DNA of 61,913 nt, the filler included, from Hausera hauseri (lineage: Eukaryota): the NCBI GenBank assembly GCA_046269625.1. It is 9 parts of 9 records of this genome, joined end to end, with 100 filler letters (N's around TTAATTAATTAA, not from the genome) between each part and the next. Parts side by side here need not be neighbours in the genome. Positions count along the whole stretch, not along the records: positions 1 to 17,282 come from JBJURY010222186.1; positions 17,383 to 23,779 come from JBJURY010104654.1; 7 more parts are not named here. One strand, written 5' to 3'. The translations under genes were made by a program, and so were the position numbers. Below the pieces are notes generated by a model, which saw only the letters and a program-made list of their open reading frames with translations, did no database searches and had not been told where the DNA came from. Positions 9,158 to 19,350 of this stretch are shown piece by piece; position 1 is the first letter of the stretch; every line of letters starts with the position of its first letter.

Positions 9158-9742
9158 TGTAAAGGATTTTCCTTTACATTATATTTTATTATTACTTGTT
9201 TATTCATTAAAGTATCTGTTTTTTAGTTAAGCTGTTTTACAGAGTGTGTGTGTGCTGTGAAAGGTCGTCTGCAGGTCGTCTGCAGTATCAAGCCAGCCAG
9301 TACTTCCTGTTAATCTTTTTTGAGATGCAGCTGTGAGCGGTTGCCGAACCTCGTACGAGATCGAGACATCAGACCACACTCTGCTCCAAAACATGTTTGT
9401 CATGCCCATATTTAGTCATGGAACGCGATGTATCTAAACGTTTCTTTGCATTCTATTAATATATATTTTGCTCATATATTATAACCACCACCCAGCAACA
9501 GTAAAAGTAACTTCTTTGCTGATTGGTGGTTTTTCACTTCCTGTTGTGAATAAAAACGATCACGCCGAGCCCCGAGGTCAGAGCTTCGATACATCAGCTG
9601 CCGTTAAGTTGAGTATTCTGAATCTCTCCTTTTGCAAAAGCGTAAGATCTTCAAAATCTCACGAATTGTCTGGTTGGTCTGTTAATGTTGGTTAATGGGG
9701 ATCGCTTGTGTTTAACTTGAGCTTACAGGAAAATATCCAACA
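9158..9742 (+). repeat. LTR (585 bp) shared between units A and B
   Basis: TGT...ACA termini, PPT before and PBS after; differs from the terminal LTR at 3 positions in U5. Confidence 0.95.
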
Positions 9743-9746
9743 TTTC

Positions 9747-9764
9747 TGGTGCCGTGACCCGGAT
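9747..9764 (+). promoter_or_regulatory. Primer binding site, tRNA-His type
   Basis: TGGTGCCGTGACCCGGAT after the LTR. Confidence 0.88.
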
Positions 9765-10506
9765 GGAATTCATCCTACACTGACGGGCAGACAGGACGCG
9801 CCGAACCCAGTGCACGGGCGGGTCCCCCGAACCTGAAAGAAAGCCTCGGAGGACTTCGTTTCTTCACGAGCCGGCGTTCTAGGTCCAAACTCCAACTGTC
9901 AGTGTCGGATGAACTTCCATCCACACTGTGACAGACGACAGACATTAGTGAGTATAAAATTGTGAACTTGTATGAATGATTTGAAAGAAAAGTGAAACAA
10001 GGGACAAGTATACACGGGGAAACAGAGAGTACAGGATAGGATCCTGGTACTGTGTGGGTTAAAGACCCGACACTTTAGAGTGGATCGAATTTTTAGTACG
10101 GAAAACTAGTTCGAGTCCAGGTCTAAAAATAAGAAAGTTTTTGAGTGGTTAATCCACAAGATAAAATTTTAAAAGTTAAACCCCGGTCCCGTTGTTAACA
10201 GAATTGTGCGTGTATGATTTGTACAAATGAGATGTGTATGAATGAGGGGAACTAAGAATTGGACTGGTGGTTCGTCCTGAAACCTGACGGTGTCAACATA
10301 CAGACGGACTACTTCTCCATTTCGGACCCTATTAAGGAGAATTTTAGGAGACTGAGACAGAATTTAATTCAAAATATTTGGATGAACCTGTCTATGTCTC
10401 ACATATATTAATAACATCACATATAAATTAATAAAACAACCAATAAATACGCAGAGTACTATTAAAGAATTACAATTTTAAATGATCACAGATTCCTAAA
10501 TTTATA

Positions 10507-10764
10507 CTGGAGTTACACGTCCATAGGCAACTTCCTCGTTTTGACCCACAAAACCCTCATACACGCGAATTACTTGATTTACTCCAACCCTATTTAGAGT
10601 TACTAAGAGAACGCCCTGAGTGTAAACTCTGTATTAAAATAAGACCTCTCACGCCTAGAGGTTTATACAGAGGATTAGGAGTTGTAAAAGTGGATTTAAT
10701 AGATCCAGTACAAGGAATTACGCAGCATTATTCTTTTGTATTTAGTTTAACAGGATTAAACTAG
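10507..10764 (+). CDS. Pre-gag accessory protein, 85 aa, putative CUG start (absent from ORF track)
   Basis: ATA-CTG-G start; LELHVHRQLPRFDPQNPHTRELLDLLQPYLELLRERPECKLCIKIRPLTPRGLYRGLGVVKVDLIDPVQGITQHYSFVFSLTGLN*; conserved with unit A through synonymous and conservative changes. Confidence 0.7.
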   Translation: MELHVHRQLPRFDPQNPHTRELLDLLQPYLELLRERPECKLCIKIRPLTPRGLYRGLGVVKVDLIDPVQGITQHYSFVFSLTGLN

Positions 10765-10767
10765 AAA

Positions 10768-12240
10768 ATGGGAAAATCGGCAAGTAAGGTTGAAGGATTA
10801 GAAGGAGATGAGAAGTTTATGAATCAAAAACACCCTGGAAGCTGTACTTTCAGAAACAAATGGTTGAAAGAAGGAATTAAACTTACCTTGAAAGTAGAGA
10901 CATGGCAGGGTCAGGTCTCTAAGAAAGAAGCAGAAAAAGAGAAGGCGACAGGAAGTAAGAAAAAGAAACTTGAGGAGGAAGTGCAGACAGCGAGGCTGTG
11001 GTTAGACGAGTCTAAAATTAGAAGAGACCAAGTGAGAGCCTCTAAGGCTAGAAAGGACGAGGCGGCCCTACTGGTTCGCCCTGAAGATAATGAAACACAA
11101 CTGAGACGCCGCCAGCCAGGCCCCCCACATGGCAGTAAGACCCCTGTTACAGCCAGTGCCCCTGAAGCCACTGACCCTCCTCCACCCCCTGATAAACAAC
11201 CAGATGACCCGTCCCATGATTACAACACCCGTACCACTTCCAAAAAATTGACTGCCACCCGACAACTGAACATGACAGCTATGATCGAACCACCCCCTTA
11301 CGGACCAGAGCCCTCTGAAACACCATTTGGGAAGGGTGGATTGTACCCCCTGATCCAGGTGGCCAATCCCAACCCAAAAGAGGAGGATGGGCCTGAGGGG
11401 ATGGTCCAATACGTATTTAGACCATGGACACTGGCAGAAGCACAAGCAGCAGTGGGAGGAGTGACTCCCCACAGGGAAGATACAGAGAAGTGGGTAGAAG
11501 ACATGACCCAGGTACTTCACTCATACCGGTTGAACGGGTTTGAGGCAGGTCAGGCTCTACAGTCCTCATTAGGGAAAGATTGGGCTAGGGTCAGAGGCGA
11601 TTATACAGGCAGGGACAGAGTAGGAACCCCTTTTGAGTACCGCACCACACCAGATCCAAATGGAGCATTCCCTCCTGACTATAAAGCTCAGTTGATGGCC
11701 CTGTTTGATAGGGTGAGAGAGGCTTTCAAAAAACGTGCAAATTATGCCGAACTACGGGCAGTAACACAAAGACCCAGTGAGCCAGTAGATGAGTATAGGG
11801 TTAGGTTTGAGCAGGCCTTTAAATTACACAGCGGCATACAATTTCAGGAAGGAGATGACTCAGCATACCAACAGCAGCTCAAACAAGGCCTCCTAGACCA
11901 AGCAAAACCTAATCTGAGAACTTGGGTTCAAACCCATTTTGTGAACTGGCCCTCTGCAAGTGTTAGTCAGGCCATGGACTGGCTTAGACATGCTGAAAAA
12001 GTTAACCCTAAGGATGCAGGTACTTACTCTCTAAACCAACCTCAATACACAGGGAGAGGAAGAGGTAACAGAAGAGGATTTAGAGGCAGAGGAGGCAGAG
12101 GATTTAAACCCACCAGGCCCCAAACAAACAGATTTAGAGGACCTCAAGGCAACAGCGACGGCTGCTGGACTTGTGGTTCTCCTGACCATTGGGCCAAGAA
12201 CTGTCCAAAAAATACAAGCAAAACTAATCCACAAGCATGA
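10768..12240 (+). CDS. gag: Gag polyprotein (diverged variant)
   Basis: Intact paralog of 1223-2689 with many synonymous differences. Confidence 0.95.
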   Translation: MGKSASKVEGLEGDEKFMNQKHPGSCTFRNKWLKEGIKLTLKVETWQGQVSKKEAEKEKATGSKKKKLEEEVQTARLWLDESKIRRDQVRASKARKDEAALLVRPEDNETQLRRRQPGPPHGSKTPVTASAPEATDPPPPPDKQPDDPSHDYNTRTTSKKLTATRQLNMTAMIEPPPYGPEPSETPFGKGGLYPLIQVANPNPKEEDGPEGMVQYVFRPWTLAEAQAAVGGVTPHREDTEKWVEDMTQVLHSYRLNGFEAGQALQSSLGKDWARVRGDYTGRDRVGTPFEYRTTPDPNGAFPPDYKAQLMALFDRVREAFKKRANYAELRAVTQRPSEPVDEYRVRFEQAFKLHSGIQFQEGDDSAYQQQLKQGLLDQAKPNLRTWVQTHFVNWPSASVSQAMDWLRHAEKVNPKDAGTYSLNQPQYTGRGRGNRRGFRGRGGRGFKPTRPQTNRFRGPQGNSDGCWTCGSPDHWAKNCPKNTSKTNPQA

Positions 12241-13170
12241 CTAGATCATGAAACCCCGCCCACCAAACCGGATGTGGATGTTTATTCAGCATGGACAGTC
12301 CTTAATGCTTTAAAAGAACAACCCTACATAGTTTTAAAGGTGGGCCAAACAAAAGTTGAGTTTCTTTGTGATACAGGTGCATGCAGAACTGTGTTAAAAG
12401 ACACAGTTCCAGAAATACAGTTGTCCAACAGCACCCTATGGGTCAGTTCTGCAAATGGACAAATGACCAAGGAATATCTGTCTAAACCTATATCAATTGT
12501 GGACCCGGAAACGAACATAACTAAAACCGCACCAATAATAGTCTCCCCCAAGTGTCCAATAAATCTACTGGGGCGAGACATGATGCAAAAACTAAAACTG
12601 GCCATAGTGCCCACCAAAAATGGAATGAGGGCCCACCGTGTAGAATCAGTTTTTGTACTTCACGATTCATCACCCACCATGTATGCATCTTTAGATGTAG
12701 AAGCAAATAAACAAGCTAATCCTTTTGAGACAAGAGATCTGATCAATGACGGAAAAAGACAACTCTCACACCCACAGACAGAAATAGGTTACAATCATCT
12801 GCACGTGACCATGAAACTGTTAAACGATGCACAGGAAGCAAGCCTGTTTTCACAGCTGGCCCCAGTCACGATGGCAACAGACTATTTATACACAGACAGG
12901 TTCTCCTTTTCGGCTGCGAGTGTGCTGTTACCACAAATAATCAGTTCAGAATTTAACATGCAGAACTGTTCAGTTCCCCACCTCAGTCTTATGAAACCTG
13001 AGGACTCCAGTTGGAAAAACACAGGCCCGAGATTAAAAACTGCAGCCGCTGCCACAGACTGGGAACAATCACAAAGTGAGTGGACATTCAGCCCCAGTTG
13101 TGGACTATGGCGGAAACCTCTAGTAAGAGTGCTTTATGCAGAACCAAAAGTACACCCATTAAGTGACTGA
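12241..13170 (+). CDS. pro: Protease + 2H phosphoesterase-like domain (readthrough)
   Basis: Same motifs as unit A; bounded by TGA-CTAG and TGA-CGG. Confidence 0.9.
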   Translation, partial: LDHETPPTKPDVDVYSAWTVLNALKEQPYIVLKVGQTKVEFLCDTGACRTVLKDTVPEIQLSNSTLWVSSANGQMTKEYLSKPISIVDPETNITKTAPIIVSPKCPINLLGRDMMQKLKLAIVPTKNGMRAHRVESVFVLHDSSPTMYASLDVEANKQANPFETRDLINDGKRQLSHPQTEIGYNHLHVTMKLLNDAQEASLFSQLAPVTMATDYLYTDRFSFSAASVLLPQIISSEFNMQNCSVPHLSLMKPEDSSWKNTGPRLKTAAAATDWEQSQSEWTFSPSCGLWRKPLVRVLYAEPKVHPLSD

Positions 13171-14273
13171 CGGTGCGCGGCCCTACTATCTGATGAGGAT
13201 GAGAAATTAATATCCAATCATGGGTCAACAGAGGGGCGACACAGGCTGATGCCATATGGACACTGGATGGCAAACCCGTCCTTCCTAAGTCTCTTTTTAA
13301 AGCGGCTGCTGTGGCGACACATGGCCCTTGCCACGTGTCGACAGGAGGGATGGTAGAAATAATAACCCAGTGGTTTACAACTATAGGGTTGGAAGGGTAC
13401 CTTAAACAATTTTGTAAACAATGTGTGACGTGCATAAAACACAATCCACAGGGCAACATGAGACCAAAAAGAGGGGCCTTTCCAGCACCCTCATACCCTT
13501 TTCAAACCCTACACATGGACTTTATTGAACTAAATCAGAGTGGACCACACAGATACTGCTTGGTACTGATAGATGCATTTTCAAAATGGGTTGAAATAAT
13601 ACCCACAGCAAGACCAGATGCATTATCAGTAGCAAAAGCCATTTGTAAAGACATTATCCCAGCTCACGGGATACCAGAAACCTTGTACTCAGACAATGGA
13701 ACACACTTTGTAAATGAAATAGTACAAAATATGGCAGACCATCTACAAATAAACTTGAAAAACCATTGTGCCTACCATCCACAAAGTGCTGGATTGGTAG
13801 AGAGAACAAATGGAACAATAAAAAGCCGTCTTAAAAAATGCATGGAAGAGACAGGGAGACCGTGGCCAGAATGTTTACCATTAGTAAAACTGTACATGAG
13901 GATCACACCATCTGCTGCAGGCCCAACACCTTTTGAAATACTGTATGGAAGACCATACAGATTACCAGTGTTCGATTTAGACAGAGCACATGAAGAAAAC
14001 ACCCTGGCAGATTACATGATAAACACTTTTAAGCTAAAAGATGTTCAGAATACAAATGTACTGCCCTCTGGTCCTTTGTCTCCACAGGAAACACCAGTAA
14101 AACCAGGAGACTGGGTGTTCATCAAAGTAATAAAAAAGAAACACTGGAACAGCCCAAAGTGGGAGGGACCATATCAAGTGATCCTGACCACACCAACAGC
14201 AGTAAAAATCGCTGAAAGACCTTCATGGATACATCTCAGTCACTGTAAGTTGCAAAAAGTGCTCAGTCCATAG
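13171..14273 (+). pseudogene. pol: pol remnant: RT/RNase H deleted, integrase out of frame
   Basis: Junction at ATCCAA (13212-13217) joins unit-A equivalents 3667-3672 and 5672-5677. Confidence 0.9.
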
Positions 14274-14450
14274 GAGAGGCTGTGGGGAAAGTCCTGGCTA
14301 CAAAGGGGGGGTGAGCAATATAGAGGCACCTCGTCTCAAACCAGGTGAACGTTCGATAGATCCCAGCCTCATTTTAGGCCTATGTGAGAGTGGTTTTGCA
14401 ACTTAAGCAGTAATACCGAGCCTTTAAGGGGACGGCTTATCTGTGTAGTG

Positions 14451-16664
14451 ATGGAGATTGCCATGGAAAGAATCATTGGACGGGCCCCTGTCCCACCACA
14501 GGACGAGGAGGACCCGGAACCAGAGGAAATGGTGCCAGAAACCAGGCTCCAAAAATGGAGAAGAAGAACTGAACAATTCTTCTGGTTTGACGAGACCCCA
14601 TGCTGGGTCTATTTGCTTTCATTTTTATTAAGTGCATGTTTGATGATTTTTCTAATGTTTAAGATTTTGTATCCTTTGATTGCAGGCCTTCCGATCCTCT
14701 CTCCTCCATGGACCACCCAGTCACATGACAGACCAAGGCGAACACTAGGGGTAGGAACACATAACTGGGCCATAGCAGGGAACAATCTGGTGAGACGCCA
14801 CTTATGGAAAGCATCCTGTGTACGTCCTCAAACAAACATTACAGTACAAGAAGGGACAACATCCACAGTTATGCTGGACCCGTGTCTTTATTTTCACTGT
14901 GATGACCCCAGGAAGTTAGGACATCCAGATATTTATGTATGTGGAAAAAGGTTCTATGACAAACATGACTGCCCAAACTGTGATGCTTGGGACTACGCGT
15001 ATTGGACCACATCACACAAAGATTGGGGGTATAAAATAGGTGAAGACAATAGCAACCTCAAAACCAGACTAACCATATGGAAAGTAAACTCTAGTTCACC
15101 TGCAGTAATGCTACAACTAAACAATGCTACTAAGAATGACCAGGGTTTTTTCGTAGTCTGTGCCTATGTATCAGGAACCGACCCCTGCGCTCCTTTCTAC
15201 TTGGAAGTTGTTAGCAAACCTGAAGAGGTAAAAAACCCCGTATATGTCCAACTAGGAGGTGGTGAGACTGAAACACATGTGCACCCGGAAGTAGACTCAG
15301 AACATCACTGGGCACACACCCCTATTTCTTTAAAAGGTAACAAATGGTGGTCAGTACTGAGAAGCCTAACAGAGGCGGCAGGAGTTAATTCCTCTTGCTA
15401 TGCCTGTACTCTATTTCCACATGACAATTTAGGAGCCATGCCAATAAGACCAGAACCCTTGCCTAAAAAACAGGTGGCCTGTACACTCCTAGCCTTGACC
15501 CCACCATTCCAATCCGCAGCAAATGGATGGAATGTGACCAGAAGTAACCTAACTGGGATATGTGCCAGTTTTGCAAACTTGACTGTAAGAACCAGTTCCA
15601 GTTTAAAGTTAAAAACCAAAGACATGCAGCTTTTTGCTCCCTTAGGATCTGTCCACCCCAAACACTTACAGATCACACACCCTGTTTGTTTTACCAGACC
15701 ACTGACCAACAGAAGAGTTTTCATGGGACATGTTCAACATTGTGAACAAATTTTTAATGCAACTTGTGGTGAGGCACCCTCAAACTTTTCAGATTGTTAT
15801 GCAGGGACTCCTCAGGGCAAGGTTAATATCAGTACTCAGTTTAATCTTACACTCCCGGAAGCTGTAGCCATATGGCCCTCAGACTCTGGAGCTGGTAGCC
15901 TAAGGGGAAGTGTATGGTTGTGTGGGAACCACTATCATCAGGCTCTGCCTCCCATGTGGGCAGGGACCTGTGCTCTGGTGGAAATGAGACCCGCAGTGAC
16001 ATTAATGTCCTCTCTGGTGTACTCAACCCACCACTACCCCCACTACCGGATGCCTCCAAGCATGGACAGGAAAAAGAGGGATACTGTGGTCGTTTCGGGA
16101 GGAGCTAAATTCCTGTCAGGAATTTTGCCCTGGTGGGGAACTGTAAACAACGCCCACCACATTGATAAATTGCACTTACAGTTAGAAAATTTGACTGCTT
16201 TAGTTGGTGATGGTTTCTCGGCTCTCACACCTTATCTGGCAGCCTCTAGGAACATGCTCACACAACACCAGATGGCTTTGGACATTTTGTTTGCCTCACA
16301 AGGAGGCTTATGTCACATCATAGGTGACTCATGCTGTACCTACTTACCCGACCCCACTGGAAATCTGACAGAGACTATTACACACTTAAACACCCTGCTT
16401 GCTACTATGAAGGAAGATGACGTACAGACGCCTGAGGGGTGGGACTGGTGGTCCTGGATGACGGGAGGTGGATGGAAAGCCTGGGCAGGCCGAATTGTGG
16501 TGCCTTTATTTTTCTTTCTACTATTAATTCTAATAATAGCTTGTTGTATTATTCCTGCTTTCAAGAAATGCATTGCTTCCATTTTTGTTCAGATGTTTTA
16601 TCATCACATGCAACAGTATGCTCTTGTGGCTCAAGATGAGCCAGATGACAGCACTGCTGTTTAA
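14451..16664 (+). CDS. env: Envelope glycoprotein, same protein as unit A
   Basis: Identical translation in the ORF track. Confidence 0.95.
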   Translation: MEIAMERIIGRAPVPPQDEEDPEPEEMVPETRLQKWRRRTEQFFWFDETPCWVYLLSFLLSACLMIFLMFKILYPLIAGLPILSPPWTTQSHDRPRRTLGVGTHNWAIAGNNLVRRHLWKASCVRPQTNITVQEGTTSTVMLDPCLYFHCDDPRKLGHPDIYVCGKRFYDKHDCPNCDAWDYAYWTTSHKDWGYKIGEDNSNLKTRLTIWKVNSSSPAVMLQLNNATKNDQGFFVVCAYVSGTDPCAPFYLEVVSKPEEVKNPVYVQLGGGETETHVHPEVDSEHHWAHTPISLKGNKWWSVLRSLTEAAGVNSSCYACTLFPHDNLGAMPIRPEPLPKKQVACTLLALTPPFQSAANGWNVTRSNLTGICASFANLTVRTSSSLKLKTKDMQLFAPLGSVHPKHLQITHPVCFTRPLTNRRVFMGHVQHCEQIFNATCGEAPSNFSDCYAGTPQGKVNISTQFNLTLPEAVAIWPSDSGAGSLRGSVWLCGNHYHQALPPMWAGTCALVEMRPAVTLMSSLVYSTHHYPHYRMPPSMDRKKRDTVVVSGGAKFLSGILPWWGTVNNAHHIDKLHLQLENLTALVGDGFSALTPYLAASRNMLTQHQMALDILFASQGGLCHIIGDSCCTYLPDPTGNLTETITHLNTLLATMKEDDVQTPEGWDWWSWMTGGGWKAWAGRIVVPLFFFLLLILIIACCIIPAFKKCIASIFVQMFYHHMQQYALVAQDEPDDSTAV

Positions 16665-16697
16665 ACACCCTCTTTTACAGCTTAAACAGGAGGGATA

Positions 16698-17282
16698 TGT
16701 AAAGGATTTTCCTTTACATTATATTTTATTATTACTTGTTTATTCATTAAAGTATCTGTTTTTTAGTTAAGCTGTTTTACAGAGTGTGTGTGTGCTGTGA
16801 AAGGTCGTCTGCAGGTCGTCTGCAGTATCAAGCCAGCCAGTACTTCCTGTTAATCTTTTTTGAGATGCAGCTGTGAGCGGTTGCCGAACCTCGTACGAGA
16901 TCGAGACATCAGACCACACTCTGCTCCAAAACATGTTTGTCATGCCCATATTTAGTCATGGAACGCGATGTATCTAAACGTTTCTTTGCATTCTATTAAT
17001 ATATATTTTGCTCATATATTATAACCACCACCCAGCAACAGTAAAAGTAACTTCTTTGCTGATTGGTGGTTTTTCACTTCCTGTTGTGAATAAAAACGAT
17101 CACGCCGAGCCCCGAGGTCAGAGCTTCGATACATCAGCTGCCGTTAAGTTGAGTATTCTGAATCTCTCCTTTTGCAAAAGCGTAAGATCTTCAAAATCTC
17201 ACGAATTGTCTGGTTGGTCTGTTAATGTTGGTTAACGGGGATTGCTTGTGTTTAACTTGAGCTTACAGAAAAATATCCAACA
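16698..17282 (+). repeat. LTR (585 bp)
   Basis: Copy of 9158-9742, preceded by the PPT. Confidence 0.95.
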
Positions 17283-17382
17283 NNNNNNNNNNNNNNNNNN
17301 NNNNNNNNNNNNNNNNNNNNNNNNNNTTAATTAATTAANNNNNNNNNNNNNNNNNNNNNNNNNNNNNNNNNNNNNNNNNNNN
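17283..17382. other. Artificial contig spacer (also 23780-23879, 29544-29643, 40235-40334, 44631-44730, 49507-49606, 53747-53846, 57841-57940)
   Basis: N44-TTAATTAATTAA-N44, giving stops in all six frames. Confidence 0.99.
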
Positions 17383-17767
17383 TCTTATGGACTTCCTTTG
17401 GTCGATTCCTGATTTGTTCATATTGATATTCTCCTTGGCAGTAAATACATCTGATCTGTCCTGTTATGGTTCTGAATAATCCGGTTTTAGCATATGCTTC
17501 TGCTAGTTCTTCCGAAACAGGTAAATTTGGATATTTCAAGAATGATGTTATTCTATTTTGTGCATCTCTCATGGAGTTGTCCAGCACTATGGCTCTAGAG
17601 TAGCTTATCAGTCTTTTAACAAATGATGCTGGTCCGAATTGTCTATTCTGATAATATAAGATATGCTGCGTGATATTAGATTGTACTGGCTTGGCATGTT
17701 CGTACTGTCCAGGTGTTTGAAGTTTGAATTCTTTTGTCCTTTGCATTTCAGCTAAAATATAACCCAA
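17383..17767 (-). CDS. BIR-domain (IAP-like) protein, truncated by contig end
   Basis: RITSF..P.....LAEAYAKTGLF.....IRCIYC.......P.EVH resembles the BIR consensus. Confidence 0.65.
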
Positions 17768-17788
17768 TCAAACAAGAACACTTTTTAT

Positions 17789-18082
17789 TCACAAATTTTT
17801 TATAGTATAATAGCTATGTTTGTATCGAAATAGTTTATTGTCAGCACGACATACTGGGCATGAAATTCCAATGGAGAACCATTCTTTTAAACATTTCCTG
17901 CAAAATTGATGCCTACAAGGGACCAACTCCACTGGGTCCACTGAATACCCATTCAAACAGATTGTGCATTGAGTTCCCACTGGGGTAAAAATTCCACATG
18001 GGTTATATGTAGTATAGGTACTTATGTCAGTAATCTGGCAAAATGTCGGGAACCCATGACTCAATATGGACGACGAATTCAC
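17789..18082 (-). CDS. Small C3HC4 RING-finger protein
   Basis: CTIC..PCRHQFCRKC...W...CPVCR. Confidence 0.85.
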   Translation of the reverse strand: MNSSSILSHGFPTFCQITDISTYTTYNPCGIFTPVGTQCTICLNGYSVDPVELVPCRHQFCRKCLKEWFSIGISCPVCRADNKLFRYKHSYYTIKNL

Positions 18083-18141
18083 AGTACGAAGTGGACCTTA
18101 AGGAAACAAAATAAACCATTTACAATAATTTTATTCAATAA

Positions 18142-18647
18142 TCAATTATCATAATTCAAAAACGTATAAGGCCGTGGGTTTCTCCATTCCTCCGGCCAAG
18201 TCCCGTCATCTTCGTCAATCACTAATGTCATAGTTGGTTGTTCAATAATGTTCAGATACACGATCACTCCTTCTATCATATAATACTCAATGTCTTCATA
18301 ACAATACGGGCATAATTGGTATGTTTCAACATGGCTTTTTATGCACTCCTTACAAAATGTGTGCTTGCAAGAAAGTTCCACTATGTCATCGGATACCAGT
18401 TGATAGCATAACCAGCACAAAACGTATTCTCTCCTACAGCACGGGCAAGTATTCTGTACCATCATCCAGGTATCGATGCAAGGGGTGCAGTACTGGTGTC
18501 TGCAAGGTAATATTGTTTTTTGGGCTGCTATTTCTTCTAAGCAAATAGGGCATTTTTCGATTTCCCTTCCGTTTTCGTTTCTGCTTCCATTTCCATTTCC
18601 GTTTCCTTAAATAGTAATAATTTACTCCGATTATGGTCTATATTCAT
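18142..18647 (-). pseudogene. Tandem double-RING protein with N-terminal frameshift
   Basis: CPIC..PCRHQYCTPCIDTW..CPCCR runs in frame into CWLC..SCKHTFCKEC..CPYC; the ATG at 18647 is out of frame via an A-run near 18555. Confidence 0.75.
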
Positions 18648-18719
18648 TTACAAATTATAATTTCTTCCAGTTAATAAAACAAATTTTTAAATGCTAAAGT
18701 TTATTAAACTTATAATTAT

Positions 18720-19010
18720 TCACAAGTCAGCAATTCCTGTCAATCTTCTAATTTCTTGCATGTCGTCACCTGTCAGAGCACATATAGGACATGACAGAAA
18801 ACACTCATCGCCCATGGTCATTATGTCCAAATTCACATCTTGTCTGCAATAGGCGCATGTGAATGTTTCTTCTAACTGATCCAATTTCCTGACAAGGTCA
18901 CATAACGGGCATTGAGTCCATTCGTTTTGATCTTCATTGATCTTCTGTCACACGATACACCCTTAATATATCCCATATTAGTGCCATAAACTCTAATCTT
19001 CATCAATCAA
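18720..19010 (-). pseudogene. Decayed CxxC-rich zinc-binding protein
   Basis: CIV*...CPLC...CAYC...CPIC read by hand. Confidence 0.5.
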
Positions 19011-19063
19011 ATGTCCCTCGATCAAGTTGAAGACAACTTTTATATTAAAGTTTATTATAATTA

Positions 19064-19350
19064 TCAGATGGGCATATAAACCAGCCCGTTAGGTCCATAT
19101 ACGTACAAGTCGTGCTGATCGCCTTCTATTGAATCCTCCTCTTCTTCGCCGTCATAAATTACTACCATAGTGGTTCCTCTGGATTGATAGGAACTGGTCT
19201 TTCTTCGACAGAAGGGACACGTTTGGCTTTTTGATAACCATCTATCTGCACATTTGACACACATGATGTGCGTGCATCGCAGCAATGCATAATTTCTTCC
19301 GAGCAGTCCACAGCATATTTCACATCGTAGTGGTGCATATCTGTCATCAT
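19064..19350 (-). pseudogene. RING-finger protein, frameshifted
   Basis: RCTHIMCVKCADRW...CPFCR with the N-terminal part in another frame. Confidence 0.7.

Larger units (their letters stand above)
1..9742 (+). mobile_element. Endogenous retrovirus unit A (fish epsilon-like; apparently intact gag-pro-pol-env)
   Basis: LTR-PBS-leader-gag-pro-pol-env-PPT-LTR order, with the catalytic motifs present. Confidence 0.95.
9158..17282 (+). mobile_element. Endogenous retrovirus unit B (RT/RNase H-deleted, mosaic)
   Basis: LTR-PBS-gag-pro-[deletion]-IN-env-LTR. Confidence 0.9.

Noticed and set aside
1279-16949. Numerous short antisense or overlapping ORFs in the ERV
   Set aside because: No motifs; duplicates reflect identical DNA rather than independent conservation
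17283-17382. Recurrent TTAATTAATTAA within N runs as a biological repeat; cross-contig gene neighbourhoods
   Set aside because: Artificial linker. Adjacency across spacers, and ORFs running into X residues, carry no meaning
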